Positions 30,501-41,587 of a DNA stretch of 64,000 nt are shown here, piece by piece (position 1 is the first letter of the stretch; each line of letters opens with the position of its first letter). Position numbers and translations under genes: made by a program. Under the pieces are notes generated by a model. It ran no database searches. It saw only the letters and a program-made list of their open reading frames with translations, and had not been told where the DNA came from. Origin of the DNA: a virus (taxonomy: Duplodnaviria > Caudoviricetes); the IMG/VR virus record IMGVR_UViG_3300028886_001681, positions 64,001-128,000 of that record. One strand, written 5' to 3'.

Positions 30501-31802
30501 ACAAACTCCTTTTGTTTCTTTATTTGTTTCATCATTTGAGTTTCTACATCTTTATTCAAGCAAATGCCAATCAAATGTGAATTAAAAGTTTCCATTACAA
30601 TCTTCATTACAATTAAATAAACAGTTATGTAATTTGAAAATTGTCCCAACATCGCTTTGTCAAATTCTTCATTGAAACTATTCAAATCAAAATCCATAAT
30701 CAACGCAACATCGGACGGAATGAAATAATTAACTTTAATGTTAAAAGTATCAATCGATTCAACCTTGAATGTGACGCAAGAATGAAAAGATTTTTGATAT
30801 TCGTTTAAGGAATATAATTCTGCTATTTCGGTTTGATTTTTAATTTTTGTTTCAACCGTCGGATAACTGCAAGAACAATCATCGTATTCCATAAAAATTC
30901 CTTCTTAAATCTTATTTATTAAGTTTGTTATAATTTCTTCAAGTTCGTCTTTACTTACTTCATAATTTTTAGATTTTAGATATGCGATAAGAGTCATTAA
31001 AACACTTTTACATTTTGCATATTCTATAAAAGTATCCAATGTTCTTTCAAAAGCACTGTCGTTGTCAAACAAATATTCAATCGATTTAATTCTATCCGCT
31101 GTCATATTATTCTCCTCCTTTTGCCAAATCATGATAATAATCTGCTAATCCACTCTGTTTAAGAATGAATCCTAACACCCAAAAAATTCCTAAAATTATA
31201 AGAAAACTTTTCATATTTATCCCTTAAACTAATTTTCTGCCAAAATTACATTTAATATCAGTTCGTCCTTTCATAAGTTCATTGGCAGTAATACCACGAT
31301 TGTCAATGGCATATGGGTTAATATCTGCATAACCACAAAACTCATCCCAATCGTCAAGGTTTCTAACGCTCTTATTCCATTTTACAAGCACCAAATCAAA
31401 TCTTGTGCTTGTTTCATATTCGGTCTTTCTTAACGCATCAAAATTGTCATAAAGGCTTTTGGCAATTTCGTAACATAAAATTTTCTTCTGCTCTTCTTCC
31501 CATATTTCAGTAGGAACCCTACTATAAGATTCGAGGTTTTTCGGAACCGCCAAAGATAAAGTAATCAGTTCTTTATTACCGTCAAGAAATTCCTTTTTAA
31601 GTTGGTCAAAATACTTCTTTTTATATTCTTCTGTCTTTTCTTCTTGTTCTTCTAGTTTCCTAGAACATTTTCGAAAATCAGATAATGCACTATAATACGC
31701 ATTTGTACAACCACGAACTTCATTTTTAAGAGTGTTGATTTCTACATTTTTAGAAACGATTTCATTTCGATATTTATTTCGTTTTGCTTTTCTGTTCATA
31801 TA

Positions 31803-33023
31803 TTATTCTCCATCATTAGCCTTTACATTCCAAATAGGTTTTATGATTTTCAAAACTTCACAAGTATCATCTATAGTTTCAAGAATTTGTTGCATAGGTT
31901 TATAAGCCATTGGAGATTCGTCAATAGTTCCGACACAAACCGAAGTGGTGTAAACTTCCTTCATAGATTTTTTAAAATCTTCCATTTTCAAAGATTCTTT
32001 AGCAACAGAACGACTCATTAAACGACCCGCACCATGAGGACCGCTACAATTCCTATCTTCATTCCCTTTGCCTTTTACAATTAATGAACCGTCCGCCATA
32101 TTCATAGGAATGATTGCGATTTCATCTTTATAAAGAGAAATTGAACCTTTACGAATAATTTTATTTTTAATATCTACATAATTATGAATTGTACAGAATT
32201 CATCAATAATATGTTTCTTCTTAATATTCAATGCTTTACAAATTTCATCTTGCATAGCCTTACGAGACCAATAAGCGAAATTCTGTGCAATTTCCATATC
32301 ATGCAAATATCCTTTCAAATCTTCACCTTCAAGATATGCAAGTTCATTTGGAACATTCGGCATTTCTTTTCTATGTTTATCAAGCAATTCTTCGTAATCT
32401 TTTTCACTTATCGCTTTATTCTGTTTCAAGACTGTAAGAAAACTTTTAGTACATCGAATTGCTTTTTGATATTCAATTGCTTTATTCTGCCAATATTTAC
32501 AAACTTCAATCCCTAAATGCCGAGAACCACTATGAATTACAAGATAATAATTCCCTTCTTCATCGATATCCAATTCACCGAAATGATTTCCACCACCCAA
32601 ACTTCCTAGAGCAAGTAATTCTTTTTCTTTATTGATTGGTGTAATAAGATTGTCAAAATTTACATTTTCACAAAATTTATGTTTTGTAGTTCTATGTGTC
32701 ATTCCCATAGGAATATTTGCTCTCCACACTTTATCTAAATTTTTTAAATCAAAATGAAAATCTTTAGATATTTTAAGAACTTGCATTCCACAACCTATAT
32801 CAACACCAACCAAATTAGGAACTACTTTATCAATGATAGTTTGTGTAAAACCAATTACACAACCACTTCCTGCATGACAATCTTCCATAATTCTAATTTG
32901 AGAATTTTCTGAAAATTTTTGATTTAATAAATTTAAAATCTGCTTATAACATGCTTCTTCTAATTTATCATAATCATCTACGAAAACTTTAGCACTGTTA
33001 TATTTTCCTTTAATTTCAATCAT
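31803..33023 (-). CDS. rtcB: RtcB RNA ligase
   Basis: D.H.G.G..IG, VGVDIGCG, GSLGGGNHF, HSGSR, HNY, HGAGR, DESPMAYK. Confidence 0.93.
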   Translation of the reverse strand: MIEIKGKYNSAKVFVDDYDKLEEACYKQILNLLNQKFSENSQIRIMEDCHAGSGCVIGFTQTIIDKVVPNLVGVDIGCGMQVLKISKDFHFDLKNLDKVWRANIPMGMTHRTTKHKFCENVNFDNLITPINKEKELLALGSLGGGNHFGELDIDEEGNYYLVIHSGSRHLGIEVCKYWQNKAIEYQKAIRCTKSFLTVLKQNKAISEKDYEELLDKHRKEMPNVPNELAYLEGEDLKGYLHDMEIAQNFAYWSRKAMQDEICKALNIKKKHIIDEFCTIHNYVDIKNKIIRKGSISLYKDEIAIIPMNMADGSLIVKGKGNEDRNCSGPHGAGRLMSRSVAKESLKMEDFKKSMKEVYTTSVCVGTIDESPMAYKPMQQILETIDDTCEVLKIIKPIWNVKANDGE

Positions 33024-33064
33024 ATTATTTTCCTCATTCTCCAATATCATCAATGTTTGCTATT

Positions 33065-34087
33065 TTACAAATCTGTTCCATTACTTTTCAGTCGAATAAC
33101 TTCATTACAAATATCAAACACTTCATTTGATAAACTTACTGATTTTGCAAATTTTTCAAAAGTCGGTTTTTCCGATTTTTCTACATCATTAATTTCAACT
33201 TCTGTAACTCTCTGCTTGAGAACCTTGTTAGTATAGAATTCAAATCCCATTTCTTTTGCTTGCTTGGAATATTCTTCAAGAGCCGTATTTTTATCAAGAA
33301 CACCCTTTACTGTGAATATTGCATATTTTGTTTCAATCTTTGGCAACGGATTGGGGTATTCTACAGTGTAGTATTCCATAAACTTTGGAATCTCTTTCAA
33401 TTCATATTCTTTTGTTTCTCCATCAATAATTGCGAGGTATTTTGTATCATTGTGTTCAGATGATGAGTTCATGCAAGCACTTCCTAAGTATCTTCCACCT
33501 TTATGAAGATTGCATGTATGAATATGACCATGCAAAAAATGTTTTACTTTTAATTGAGATAAATCACAATATTTTTTTGAGAAGTGATTTGTTTCATCTT
33601 CAACGTGACCCATACAATAATCAAATTCTACATCTTTAATTTCTTCATTTTCATACAGATGTGAATATGTTTCTACCATTGATTTTTTGGAAGCAACCCC
33701 CTCATGATTATAAAAGGGGAGTGTGAGAATTTTAGTGTTATAAAAATCAATAACTTTCCATTCTTGTATTACTTCCACATTTTTCAATGGCTTAAAAAGC
33801 GACAATACTGTAGACTGATTAATAGCATCATGATTTCCTTGAAGTAGAAATATTTTTGAAAATTTAGACTTATTTACAAAAAAATCAACAAACACCTCGA
33901 AACATTCAAAACTAGAATTGATTTCCACAAGGTCTCCGAGAAATAAAATTTCATTATTTTCATTATTTAAATTTTTATCATTAAAAATAAAATTTAATGT
34001 GTCAATTGCATTATCATACTTGGGATGTTTATCACAAAGATGAATATCACCTACTACAACAAGTTTATGATTTGCATTTTCACTCAT
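33065..34087 (-). CDS. Mre11/SbcD/gp47-like nuclease
   Basis: GDIH, GDL, GNHD, GHIH, YLGS; sigma70 promoter TTGACA-17-TATAAT immediately upstream. Confidence 0.85.
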   Translation of the reverse strand: MSENANHKLVVVGDIHLCDKHPKYDNAIDTLNFIFNDKNLNNENNEILFLGDLVEINSSFECFEVFVDFFVNKSKFSKIFLLQGNHDAINQSTVLSLFKPLKNVEVIQEWKVIDFYNTKILTLPFYNHEGVASKKSMVETYSHLYENEEIKDVEFDYCMGHVEDETNHFSKKYCDLSQLKVKHFLHGHIHTCNLHKGGRYLGSACMNSSSEHNDTKYLAIIDGETKEYELKEIPKFMEYYTVEYPNPLPKIETKYAIFTVKGVLDKNTALEEYSKQAKEMGFEFYTNKVLKQRVTEVEINDVEKSEKPTFEKFAKSVSLSNEVFDICNEVIRLKSNGTDL

Positions 34088-34302
34088 ATTATTCCTCACA
34101 TATAAAAAATCTTTGATGTTCAAATTATAAAACATCAGAGATTTTATGTCAAGTAATTTTGTAAAATATTAAGTTAATTTTGCAAGAAACAATTAAAATT
34201 AAAAACTGTTACTCAAAAAAATATTAACTATTATAACTATATAAATAAAGGTTGGAATGTGACCTCCAACCTTAAAAATATCAAACAATAGGTAAGTATT
34301 GC

Positions 34303-35643
34303 ATGACAGATAAGATAGTTAATAGAGCGTTAAAAGTCAGATTATATCCTTCTCAAGAGCAAAAAGAATTCTTAAATAAATCTTTAGGAACATCTCGTTT
34401 CTTTTATAATTATCTGTTAAATGAAAAAATTGAATTTTATAAGAATGAAATTGAACCAATTAAAGAAGATGTCAAATTAAAATCAGAAAAATATAAAAGT
34501 TTTAAGGCGACCACCAAGAAACAATTCAAGGAAAAATTTGATTTTGCAAAGGAATGTTCCGATGACTGTCTGAATTCGACAGAAAGAAATCTACAATCCG
34601 CTTTCAACAATTTTTTCAAAAGTCTGAACAAATCGAGAAAAGGGAAGATGGGTTTTCCAAAATTCCGTTCAAAGAAAGAGCACAAGGATTCTTACACGGA
34701 ATGTCATGTTAAAAAGAACGCTTTTGACTTCCATAATAGAAAAATAAATATTTCAAAATGCACACCGATTTATTTCAAACATCGCGAAAAATTGCCAAAA
34801 TGGTATAACAAGGAAACTTGTATATTAAAATCAATTACAATAAGCAAAAATTCATGTGGGGAATATTGGGTAAGTTTATTATTTGAACTTCCTAATTTTA
34901 ATTCCAATCAAAAACCAATTGACGAAAATCAAGCGATTGGCTTGGATTGGTCTCCGTCTGAATTTTACATAGACTCCGAGTGTCACTCGGCGAAAGATTA
35001 TGGCTACGAACCGCAAAAGCAAAAACATGCAAAACAACTTGCGAAGTTGCAGAGAAGGTTGGCAAAGAAAACCAAAGGTTCAGTAAATTATGAAAAAGCA
35101 AGAATAAAACTTGCTAAATTAGAGAAACATATTGCAGATTCTCGCAAGTGGTGGATTGAGAATGAATCTTTAAGACTTACTAAAAATTATTCCACAATCG
35201 GAATTGAGGATTTGAATCTTCAAGGAATTGCCAAATTCCTACGAAACGCAAAGAATGTCAATGATTGTGCTTACGGAATTTTTACAACTCGTCTGATTCA
35301 AAAAGGCGAAGAATTAGGAACTTCTGTGATAAAAGTTGACAGATATTATCCTTCATCTCAATTATGCCACGTTTGCGGTTATCAAAACCATAATTTGAAA
35401 CTTTCAGATAGAGAATGGGTTTGTCCTTCTTGTGGTGAACACCACATAAGGGATTACAACGCAAGCATCAATCTGAAAAACGAAGCGATTAGATTATCTG
35501 TACCCATGAGACGTGGGGAATTTAGGTCTGCGGAGGGCGTTGAAAATGTAAATTCGCTTGTTTTACAAGCGTTAAACATTGGAGCGTCCGTTGAAACAGA
35601 AAGAACTACTTGCGAAAGTGTTCAGAAAGCCTACAGTCTTTAG
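34303..35643 (+). CDS. tnpB: TnpB (IS200/IS605-family RNA-guided endonuclease)
   Basis: RLYP..EQ HTH, GFPKFRSK, RuvC residues IGLDW / IEDL / RDYNAS, Zn finger CHVCG...CPSCG. Confidence 0.92.
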   Translation: MTDKIVNRALKVRLYPSQEQKEFLNKSLGTSRFFYNYLLNEKIEFYKNEIEPIKEDVKLKSEKYKSFKATTKKQFKEKFDFAKECSDDCLNSTERNLQSAFNNFFKSLNKSRKGKMGFPKFRSKKEHKDSYTECHVKKNAFDFHNRKINISKCTPIYFKHREKLPKWYNKETCILKSITISKNSCGEYWVSLLFELPNFNSNQKPIDENQAIGLDWSPSEFYIDSECHSAKDYGYEPQKQKHAKQLAKLQRRLAKKTKGSVNYEKARIKLAKLEKHIADSRKWWIENESLRLTKNYSTIGIEDLNLQGIAKFLRNAKNVNDCAYGIFTTRLIQKGEELGTSVIKVDRYYPSSQLCHVCGYQNHNLKLSDREWVCPSCGEHHIRDYNASINLKNEAIRLSVPMRRGEFRSAEGVENVNSLVLQALNIGASVETERTTCESVQKAYSL

Positions 35644-35680
35644 ACTATAGGTAGTTTACATCTCCTTTATATCCTTCAAT
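35500..35680 (+). ncRNA. putative TnpB omega-RNA / right end plus guide
   Basis: Subterminal hairpin CCTACAGTC-TTTA-GACTATAGG followed by TAGTTTAC, resembling IS605/IS1341 right ends; 5' boundary approximate. Confidence 0.55.
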
Positions 35681-35967
35681 CTTTCGATTGTGATTTCATG
35701 ATTTCTCTTTTTTGTGGCGAAATCCCAATCCACCTTAAAAGCGAGGAACTTTCCGTTATGCCATTTGTCTAAGACTTTGCCTTGAATGTTTTCGACCTTC
35801 GTTCCTTTTCCGCTAGACCGAACCAAATCGCCCACTTGAATCGGAGACTCTTCCTTGGGAAGTCTAGCCAATTCCTTTTCAGTTTTGGCAATGATTTTTC
35901 CACCCTCACTAACATCGCTCATGAAAGACGAATGATTATAAAATGTCTGAATGTTCAATCCGTTCAT
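35656..35967 (-). CDS. hypothetical protein (SH3-like), probably leaderless
   Basis: IQVGDLV motif; TTGACA-17-TATATT lies 6 nt before the ATG. Confidence 0.55.
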   Translation of the reverse strand: MNGLNIQTFYNHSSFMSDVSEGGKIIAKTEKELARLPKEESPIQVGDLVRSSGKGTKVENIQGKVLDKWHNGKFLAFKVDWDFATKKRNHEITIERLKDIKEM

Positions 35968-36060
35968 GGCTTAAATATAACGCAAGACGAAAGTTTTGTC
36001 AAGCAAAATTGTTGAAAAAAGCGGAAGATTTTTTAACCTTCCGCCAAACACAAAACCAAT

Positions 36061-36648
36061 TCAAACAAATGTCAATGGAATCAAAACAACTCCAAAGAAA
36101 TACACGCAGTTGGATAAAGTTCTTATCGTCCGCTTGACGCATTCCTTGAATTCCAATCTGCTCACTATCAAACTCACATCTCCGAAAAACAACAAAAGGA
36201 ATCCAATATTTCGGCAAGCGGAGAAAGCGTACAAGCAACTTCCCAATGTTCCGACCGCGTAGACGCAAGCCAAGCATTTGGTCAACAAATCCACTTTCCA
36301 AAACGGAAGAATCGCTCCGCACAAGCACAAGGGAATCGCCAACGAAACGGTCAATTTAATCCAATTGAACTCCCAAGTATGGTACGCCAACCAAGCGGTG
36401 AACGAATAGACAAACGCGAAAGCCAAAGCCCCCATTATGTCATTCTCATCAATCAACACATTAGCCACCACACAACCAATCAACAGAACCGCACACCTAA
36501 TGTCGAAAAAGAAAAACAACAAAAGGCAAGGGGACAAATCCACAAAGTCCTTGCACAACGACTTAATCAAGTCGTTTTTGACCAAGTCGTATTCCCAAAC
36601 GCAATAAAACAAACACGCCAACAAAGCGAAAACAATCGAAACCGCCAT
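36061..36648 (-). CDS. multi-pass membrane protein, YhhN/lysoplasmalogenase-like
   Basis: Multiple TM helices; GALAF, GFLLLFFGD.SL and YFFG patterns resemble YhhN. Confidence 0.45.
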   Translation of the reverse strand: MAVSIVFALLACLFYCVWEYDLVKNDLIKSLCKDFVDLSPCLLLFFFFDIRCAVLLIGCVVANVLIDENDIMGALAFAFVYSFTAWLAYHTWEFNWIKLTVSLAIPLCLCGAILPFWKVDLLTKCLACVYAVGTLGSCLYAFSACRNIGFLLLFFGDVSLIVSRLEFKECVKRTIRTLSNCVYFFGVVLIPLTFV

Positions 36649-36662
36649 AAAATTCTCCTTTT

Positions 36663-36923
36663 TTAATTATGTCCGTTAATCAACTGTTCGACTCGTTGGC
36701 GAGAGATGTTGTAAGCCTTTCCGATTTCTCGATAGGTCTTTCCCTCGCTCCGCATTTTGTTGATTTCAATTAAGCGCTTTTCGTCGCGCTCTTTCTTGGG
36801 TTTCAACCCTCTCATTCTCAAATGGCGGTAAACTGTGGAAACCGAAAGATTGAACTTCTTCATGATTTCTTCAACCACCAAATTGTCCTTGTTGCTTTCA
36901 AGATAATCGCTCAAATAATCCAT
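36663..36923 (-). CDS. HTH DNA-binding protein
   Basis: FNLSVSTVYRHL and TYREIGKAYNISRQRVEQL. Confidence 0.75.
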   Translation of the reverse strand: MDYLSDYLESNKDNLVVEEIMKKFNLSVSTVYRHLRMRGLKPKKERDEKRLIEINKMRSEGKTYREIGKAYNISRQRVEQLINGHN

Positions 36924-36958
36924 ATAAATCCTCCATGTTTTAGCGACTTTATTTTATC

Positions 36959-37840
36959 TCAACAGACTTCAAATTCCAAGTCCTTTTTCGTGTCAAAAAT
37001 TCCTCGGACTTTGTGCTCCCTTGAGTCTGTCAACACAAATAAATTCTCTCCGTGACGAATGTTGTAGTATCCGTCCGTCGAAAAATATCCATCCATTATC
37101 TCAGTGTGTCCCACAACTTGCTTGCTCCAATAAGGTTCGGAAAGCAAAGAGGGAGGTCTAATCCATAAAATTCCTTGTTGAACTTCGTCACCTGTCGGAC
37201 TGCATAGACCATGCCAATCAAGCAACTCATCGAACTCATACGAAAAATTCTCGTCGCCGTTAAAATGGGTCAGTCCGTGCCAAACCTCGTTCAACAAATC
37301 GACCGAGAATTCTTTCTCGTCCCAAAGTTTTGTAGTGGAGTTTATTTTGGCGATGAATTCGTCGTATTCCTCCCTAGAGGCGAATTCCTTTCCGTCCAAC
37401 GCTTCTTTCGGATACTCATCCAACAATCTATGAAGACAAGGCTTTAAATACGCGACCACCCAAGTCTTCGAGAAGCCTGCGTGGGAGAAAACCCAACCGT
37501 CATTCTCGAAAGCCAAGTCAATCAAGTCCAAGTTTGAGTTCAACAACCCTCGTATCTCTCCGACTCTCTTATGTTGGTGTCCGCTACAGTTGGCTCCCTC
37601 GCGAGTTCCACTAATGTATGAGAAGTCATGATTTCCCAAGAGCAACCTCACCTTGTCCTTATTCGCTCGTTTGAATTCGCATATTCCCTTAAAGTTCTCT
37701 CCTTGGCTCGGCCACTTGTTTTCCCAAGAATCGAAGTAGTCGCCCATGAAAACGACGAAATCGACTTCGCCTATTTTCTCCTTGGCGACAAGCCACTCGC
37801 GAGACCCATGAACATCGGGAACAATCAATATTTTAGACAA
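36959..37840 (-). CDS. calcineurin-like metallophosphoesterase
   Basis: DVHG, GDYFD, GNHD, SHAG, GHT; TTG start after SD GAGGAGG. Confidence 0.85.
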   Translation of the reverse strand: MSKILIVPDVHGSREWLVAKEKIGEVDFVVFMGDYFDSWENKWPSQGENFKGICEFKRANKDKVRLLLGNHDFSYISGTREGANCSGHQHKRVGEIRGLLNSNLDLIDLAFENDGWVFSHAGFSKTWVVAYLKPCLHRLLDEYPKEALDGKEFASREEYDEFIAKINSTTKLWDEKEFSVDLLNEVWHGLTHFNGDENFSYEFDELLDWHGLCSPTGDEVQQGILWIRPPSLLSEPYWSKQVVGHTEIMDGYFSTDGYYNIRHGENLFVLTDSREHKVRGIFDTKKDLEFEVC

Positions 37841-38830
37841 TCGAAGCCTCCTCGTTGTATTCTTTCTCAAACTCGCTCGCGTCATGAAAAACGAACTTTC
37901 CGTCTTCCAAAACGACATAATCGCTTTCCTTGGCGATGTACTTGGCGTACATGAAATGGTCGCTATCATTCAACATCGGAAGAAGCAACTTTCCGTCATA
38001 ATCCAACAAGGCCTCCTTGCAGAATTTCTTGATTTCGTCGAAGTTGTCTCCGTTCCATTGAAGAGCCTTCACTTGAATCGGCTTTCTAATATAGGTCTTT
38101 TCCATTCACTCTCCTTATTCCAATCCTCTGATTTCGTGTATAGCAAACTTTCTCATTTTCTCCGCCTTCTTGGGAGATTCGATTTTCTCGGAGTCATCCA
38201 AACACTTCAAGCAAACGCAATCCGCCCAAGTTCCGATTGAGCAAGAGCCAAACCGCACCTCGAAATTGCTCACAGGACTGACACCTTGGTATCCGAAGCC
38301 CTTCTTGTGGAATTTCTTGTTGTGAGATTTCTGCCATTCGTACATTTTGTCAACTTCCTTGTTGGTCAATGAGTAGCAGTAATAAAATTCATTTTCTTCG
38401 TTCATATAATCTCCGTCTCCTCTATGAATTTCTTACTTATGTTCCGCACGAATCCATCCTCCCATTTAATCTTGAAACGACAATCGTCCATGGAATAAAA
38501 AATATTTCCTATGTGCTCGTCAAACTTGATTTTGGAGTTGGACATCAATTCCTTTCCATTCTTGTCCTTTAATCCTAGGTTGTATAACTTGTCCTTTCTC
38601 AAAATCAATCCCCTCCGAAAATCCAATTCGGAGACTTTACGAATCCTTTCCCTAAAAGAAACCGCCAAAGACGCTCCCTCAAGGAAACCTTTATCTCGTC
38701 GTATTCCAATCCATTCAATAATTCTTCCATATATCGCATTTTACAACAAACGAATTGAATTGTCAAGTCTTTTTGCAAAAAAAAAGACCCTCTCATCGAG
38801 GGTCTTATATATATCTTCGGATTTGGAAAG

Positions 38831-39247
38831 TTATTTTCCAATCCGACCAAATTTATAATTGATGATTGAGTCCAACTCGGCATTGAAAGAATCAATTTCG
38901 CTCTCAACAAACCCTTCATATCCTTCCATCTTGTCGCCAAACTCAATGATTTTATTTCCCTTTTCCTTTAATTCGCCAACAATGAAAGCGGTTTTGAAGT
39001 TTTCGCCTTCGACAGTCTTCCAATTAATTTCTTTTTCCAAAAGAATGTCAGTTGGATTGGGAACAACCTCTCCGTGAGCAATCGCCATCTCAGCGAACTT
39101 GTCATAATACTCAAAGCAAACTTCATACAAATCTTGCAATAGTTCGTGGATGCTCAAAAAGTTTTCACCCTCGGTATACAAATGCAAAAGCCTAGCGTCG
39201 TTTCCCAAAAGATAAGCATAACTTGAAAGTTCAGACAATGTACTCAT
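38831..39247 (-). CDS. Dps/ferritin-like protein
   Basis: H...G.NF.S.HE....LY......D.FAE ferroxidase-type pattern. Confidence 0.7.
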   Translation of the reverse strand: MSTLSELSSYAYLLGNDARLLHLYTEGENFLSIHELLQDLYEVCFEYYDKFAEMAIAHGEVVPNPTDILLEKEINWKTVEGENFKTAFIVGELKEKGNKIIEFGDKMEGYEGFVESEIDSFNAELDSIINYKFGRIGK

Positions 39248-39270
39248 AAAATCACCTCTCCTTAATATAG

Positions 39271-40161
39271 TTATTTTTTCAATATATAGTTTATATAGTT
39301 ATGCAATTCATAAAAATATCCGCACATGGCGAAATCGAAACGCATGTCGTCGCCCAACTTTCCATTGCGAAAGTTGCGGTAATTGCAATAATAAGAACTT
39401 ATGGCCATATAAAGATGATACAACGACTTGCCTCCGTTCTTTATATAAATCTCCCTAATCCACTCCTTTTGTTCGGCCATGTGAAGGTTTACGCATTTCG
39501 ATTTTTTCCAATCCAAATCAAACAATGGATTCAATGTTCCATTCAAGTCGATTTCCCTTTCATTCAACTCGTCTACGGTTTTTTGAGCGTATTTTATGTA
39601 TTCCTCGACCTCTTTTTGAATCCGCTCAAACTTGGACTTTATGTCCATTCTCCCCATAGTCCATATTCGCTTATGGCGTTCGTCCGACAATTGAAAAACC
39701 GCGTGGTCTTTTTCTCTTATCAAAGTCAATGCGCAGTTCACAGCGTTCCTTCCGTCAAATCCGTTAGCCACGGTGATGTAAGTCAAAAAATCATCGTTCA
39801 ACAACTTGGTTTTCTTCAACAACATTGTAATGTAGGATTTCTTTTTATTCAATATATCTCCACACGAAACGAACTTTGAACCCTCATACGCTTTTTTGAA
39901 CAAGTCTGTTATTTGGAAGCATTCATCATTGTCCATGAGTTTATATTGCTTTTTGACGACATAAATAGGTTTCATATCGTCGCTTCTTGCAACAACTCTG
40001 TTTTGCGGAATTTCAATGTATTCCCCGTTTATGCAAGTGAAACACGGCAAAGAAACGACTTTCCATAAAAAATTCTTTTCTTTCATGAATTCACATGCAC
40101 ATTCTGTTTTGGAAGGCTCAACATCTAGTCTTTGCCACCAATAAGACAATTTATTCATCAT
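39271..40161 (-). CDS. DUF932-like protein
   Basis: VV...Y....N.E.F and Y....N.FDG pattern. Confidence 0.55.
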   Translation of the reverse strand: MMNKLSYWWQRLDVEPSKTECACEFMKEKNFLWKVVSLPCFTCINGEYIEIPQNRVVARSDDMKPIYVVKKQYKLMDNDECFQITDLFKKAYEGSKFVSCGDILNKKKSYITMLLKKTKLLNDDFLTYITVANGFDGRNAVNCALTLIREKDHAVFQLSDERHKRIWTMGRMDIKSKFERIQKEVEEYIKYAQKTVDELNEREIDLNGTLNPLFDLDWKKSKCVNLHMAEQKEWIREIYIKNGGKSLYHLYMAISSYYCNYRNFRNGKLGDDMRFDFAMCGYFYELHNYINYILKK

Positions 40162-40645
40162 CGTTCAAATTCTTTTGGGCGGAGATTATTCTTGAAAGTT
40201 TCTCAATCGCTTGTCTTTGGGAAGGAGTCAAATCCACGCTTTCTTTTTCCTCGTCTTTTGTAGCGGGTGTGAGAATTGTGTTCGGTGTGGCTTGAGTCGG
40301 AGCAAACAATTTAAACAACGAGTCTATGTTCTTCGACTTTTCGGAAGAAATCGTTGCGTAGAATGCCCTCAACTCGTCATTGCTCAAATCATGGGCAAGA
40401 ACTCTTTTGGCAATCTCAGCCTCAAGCAATCCTTTCAATGTGTTCTGATGCTCCAAGTTGCGCAACTGCGAAGAAACGAACAAGGACACATCGTTCCTTA
40501 AATCGTCTTGAGTCATAACTCGCTTGGCTCCGTTTTCGTCCAAATCATAAAGGCTTTTCAAGAGTTGTTTGCTTTCATCGACCAAAGAGTTCGCGTCTTG
40601 AATTGAAAGTTCCGTGCTTTCGCTTCCCTCATATTCATCAGACAT
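40151..40645 (-). CDS. hypothetical helical protein
   Basis: SD GGAGG; late-type motif upstream. Confidence 0.6.
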   Translation of the reverse strand: MSDEYEGSESTELSIQDANSLVDESKQLLKSLYDLDENGAKRVMTQDDLRNDVSLFVSSQLRNLEHQNTLKGLLEAEIAKRVLAHDLSNDELRAFYATISSEKSKNIDSLFKLFAPTQATPNTILTPATKDEEKESVDLTPSQRQAIEKLSRIISAQKNLNDDE

Positions 40646-41086
40646 ATCGTATCCTCCAAATTCAAAAATAACTATTTAAAATAGTTATGAAGGAAGAAAA
40701 CTCTCAAAACGAACTTCTTAATTCTGTGGAATTCCTCTTTGCCAAGCCTTGTTTTCAAGGACACTACATGTATGCTATGGACGATTTGGATTCCATGAGC
40801 GTCATAGACAAAGATTCTTTAAAAAATCTTTTAGTTCAATTGAAATGCTATGATTTCGTTAAAACGAATTATTTGCTAGACAGAAACCTTCCATTGTTTT
40901 TCAACGCCAAAGAAAAAAAAATTGAAGAATTTCAAGACATCAATGAACTTGACGAAAAGACGCTTAAAAAAATGTTGCATGATGAATTGAATTTAAATTC
41001 GAAACTGCAAGAAAAATCAATTTATGAAAAATTCTTTGGCAAGGACAGTGAATTCTATAAAAATAAATTCGAGGAGATGTTGAATT

Positions 41087-41587
41087 ATGAGCGTAATTAA
41101 CCAATACAAGGCGGTTTATCCGATTGAGAACACGAGATTTGAAAATGAAGATGTTTACATCAATGCCACATCGATGGAAAAGGCGGTGAACTTGATTTCA
41201 ACCGAAAGGGGAGCGGAGCCTATCATAATTTCGAAAGTTCGAGATAATGTTCTCACAGAACCTACAGAAGAAACCATGGTGGAGTTTGAGATAAAGTCAT
41301 ATTACATTGATGAGGAAAGCGGAGAAGAAATCGAAGTTCCAAATTGCGTTGCATACCCAACCTCCATTCCGAATTGCGCGAGGGGAAGTACCCTTTATAT
41401 GCAGACTCCAAATTATTCGTTCGTCGAGGAAATCGAAGGCGAGGAAGTCACCGTGAATTACGCGTTTGAAAAATGGATTTATGGAGAAATTGAATACGCA
41501 AACAATCCGCAGATTTTCACAATTCCGTTGGATGAAGAAATAAGTTCGGTTAGCATAAAGGCCATTTATACTAGAACTACAAACTAA
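41087..41587 (+). CDS. acidic beta-rich hypothetical protein
   Basis: Coupled to 40687-41100; Y.FEKW...IKAIY C-terminus. Confidence 0.5.
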   Translation: MSVINQYKAVYPIENTRFENEDVYINATSMEKAVNLISTERGAEPIIISKVRDNVLTEPTEETMVEFEIKSYYIDEESGEEIEVPNCVAYPTSIPNCARGSTLYMQTPNYSFVEEIEGEEVTVNYAFEKWIYGEIEYANNPQIFTIPLDEEISSVSIKAIYTRTTN

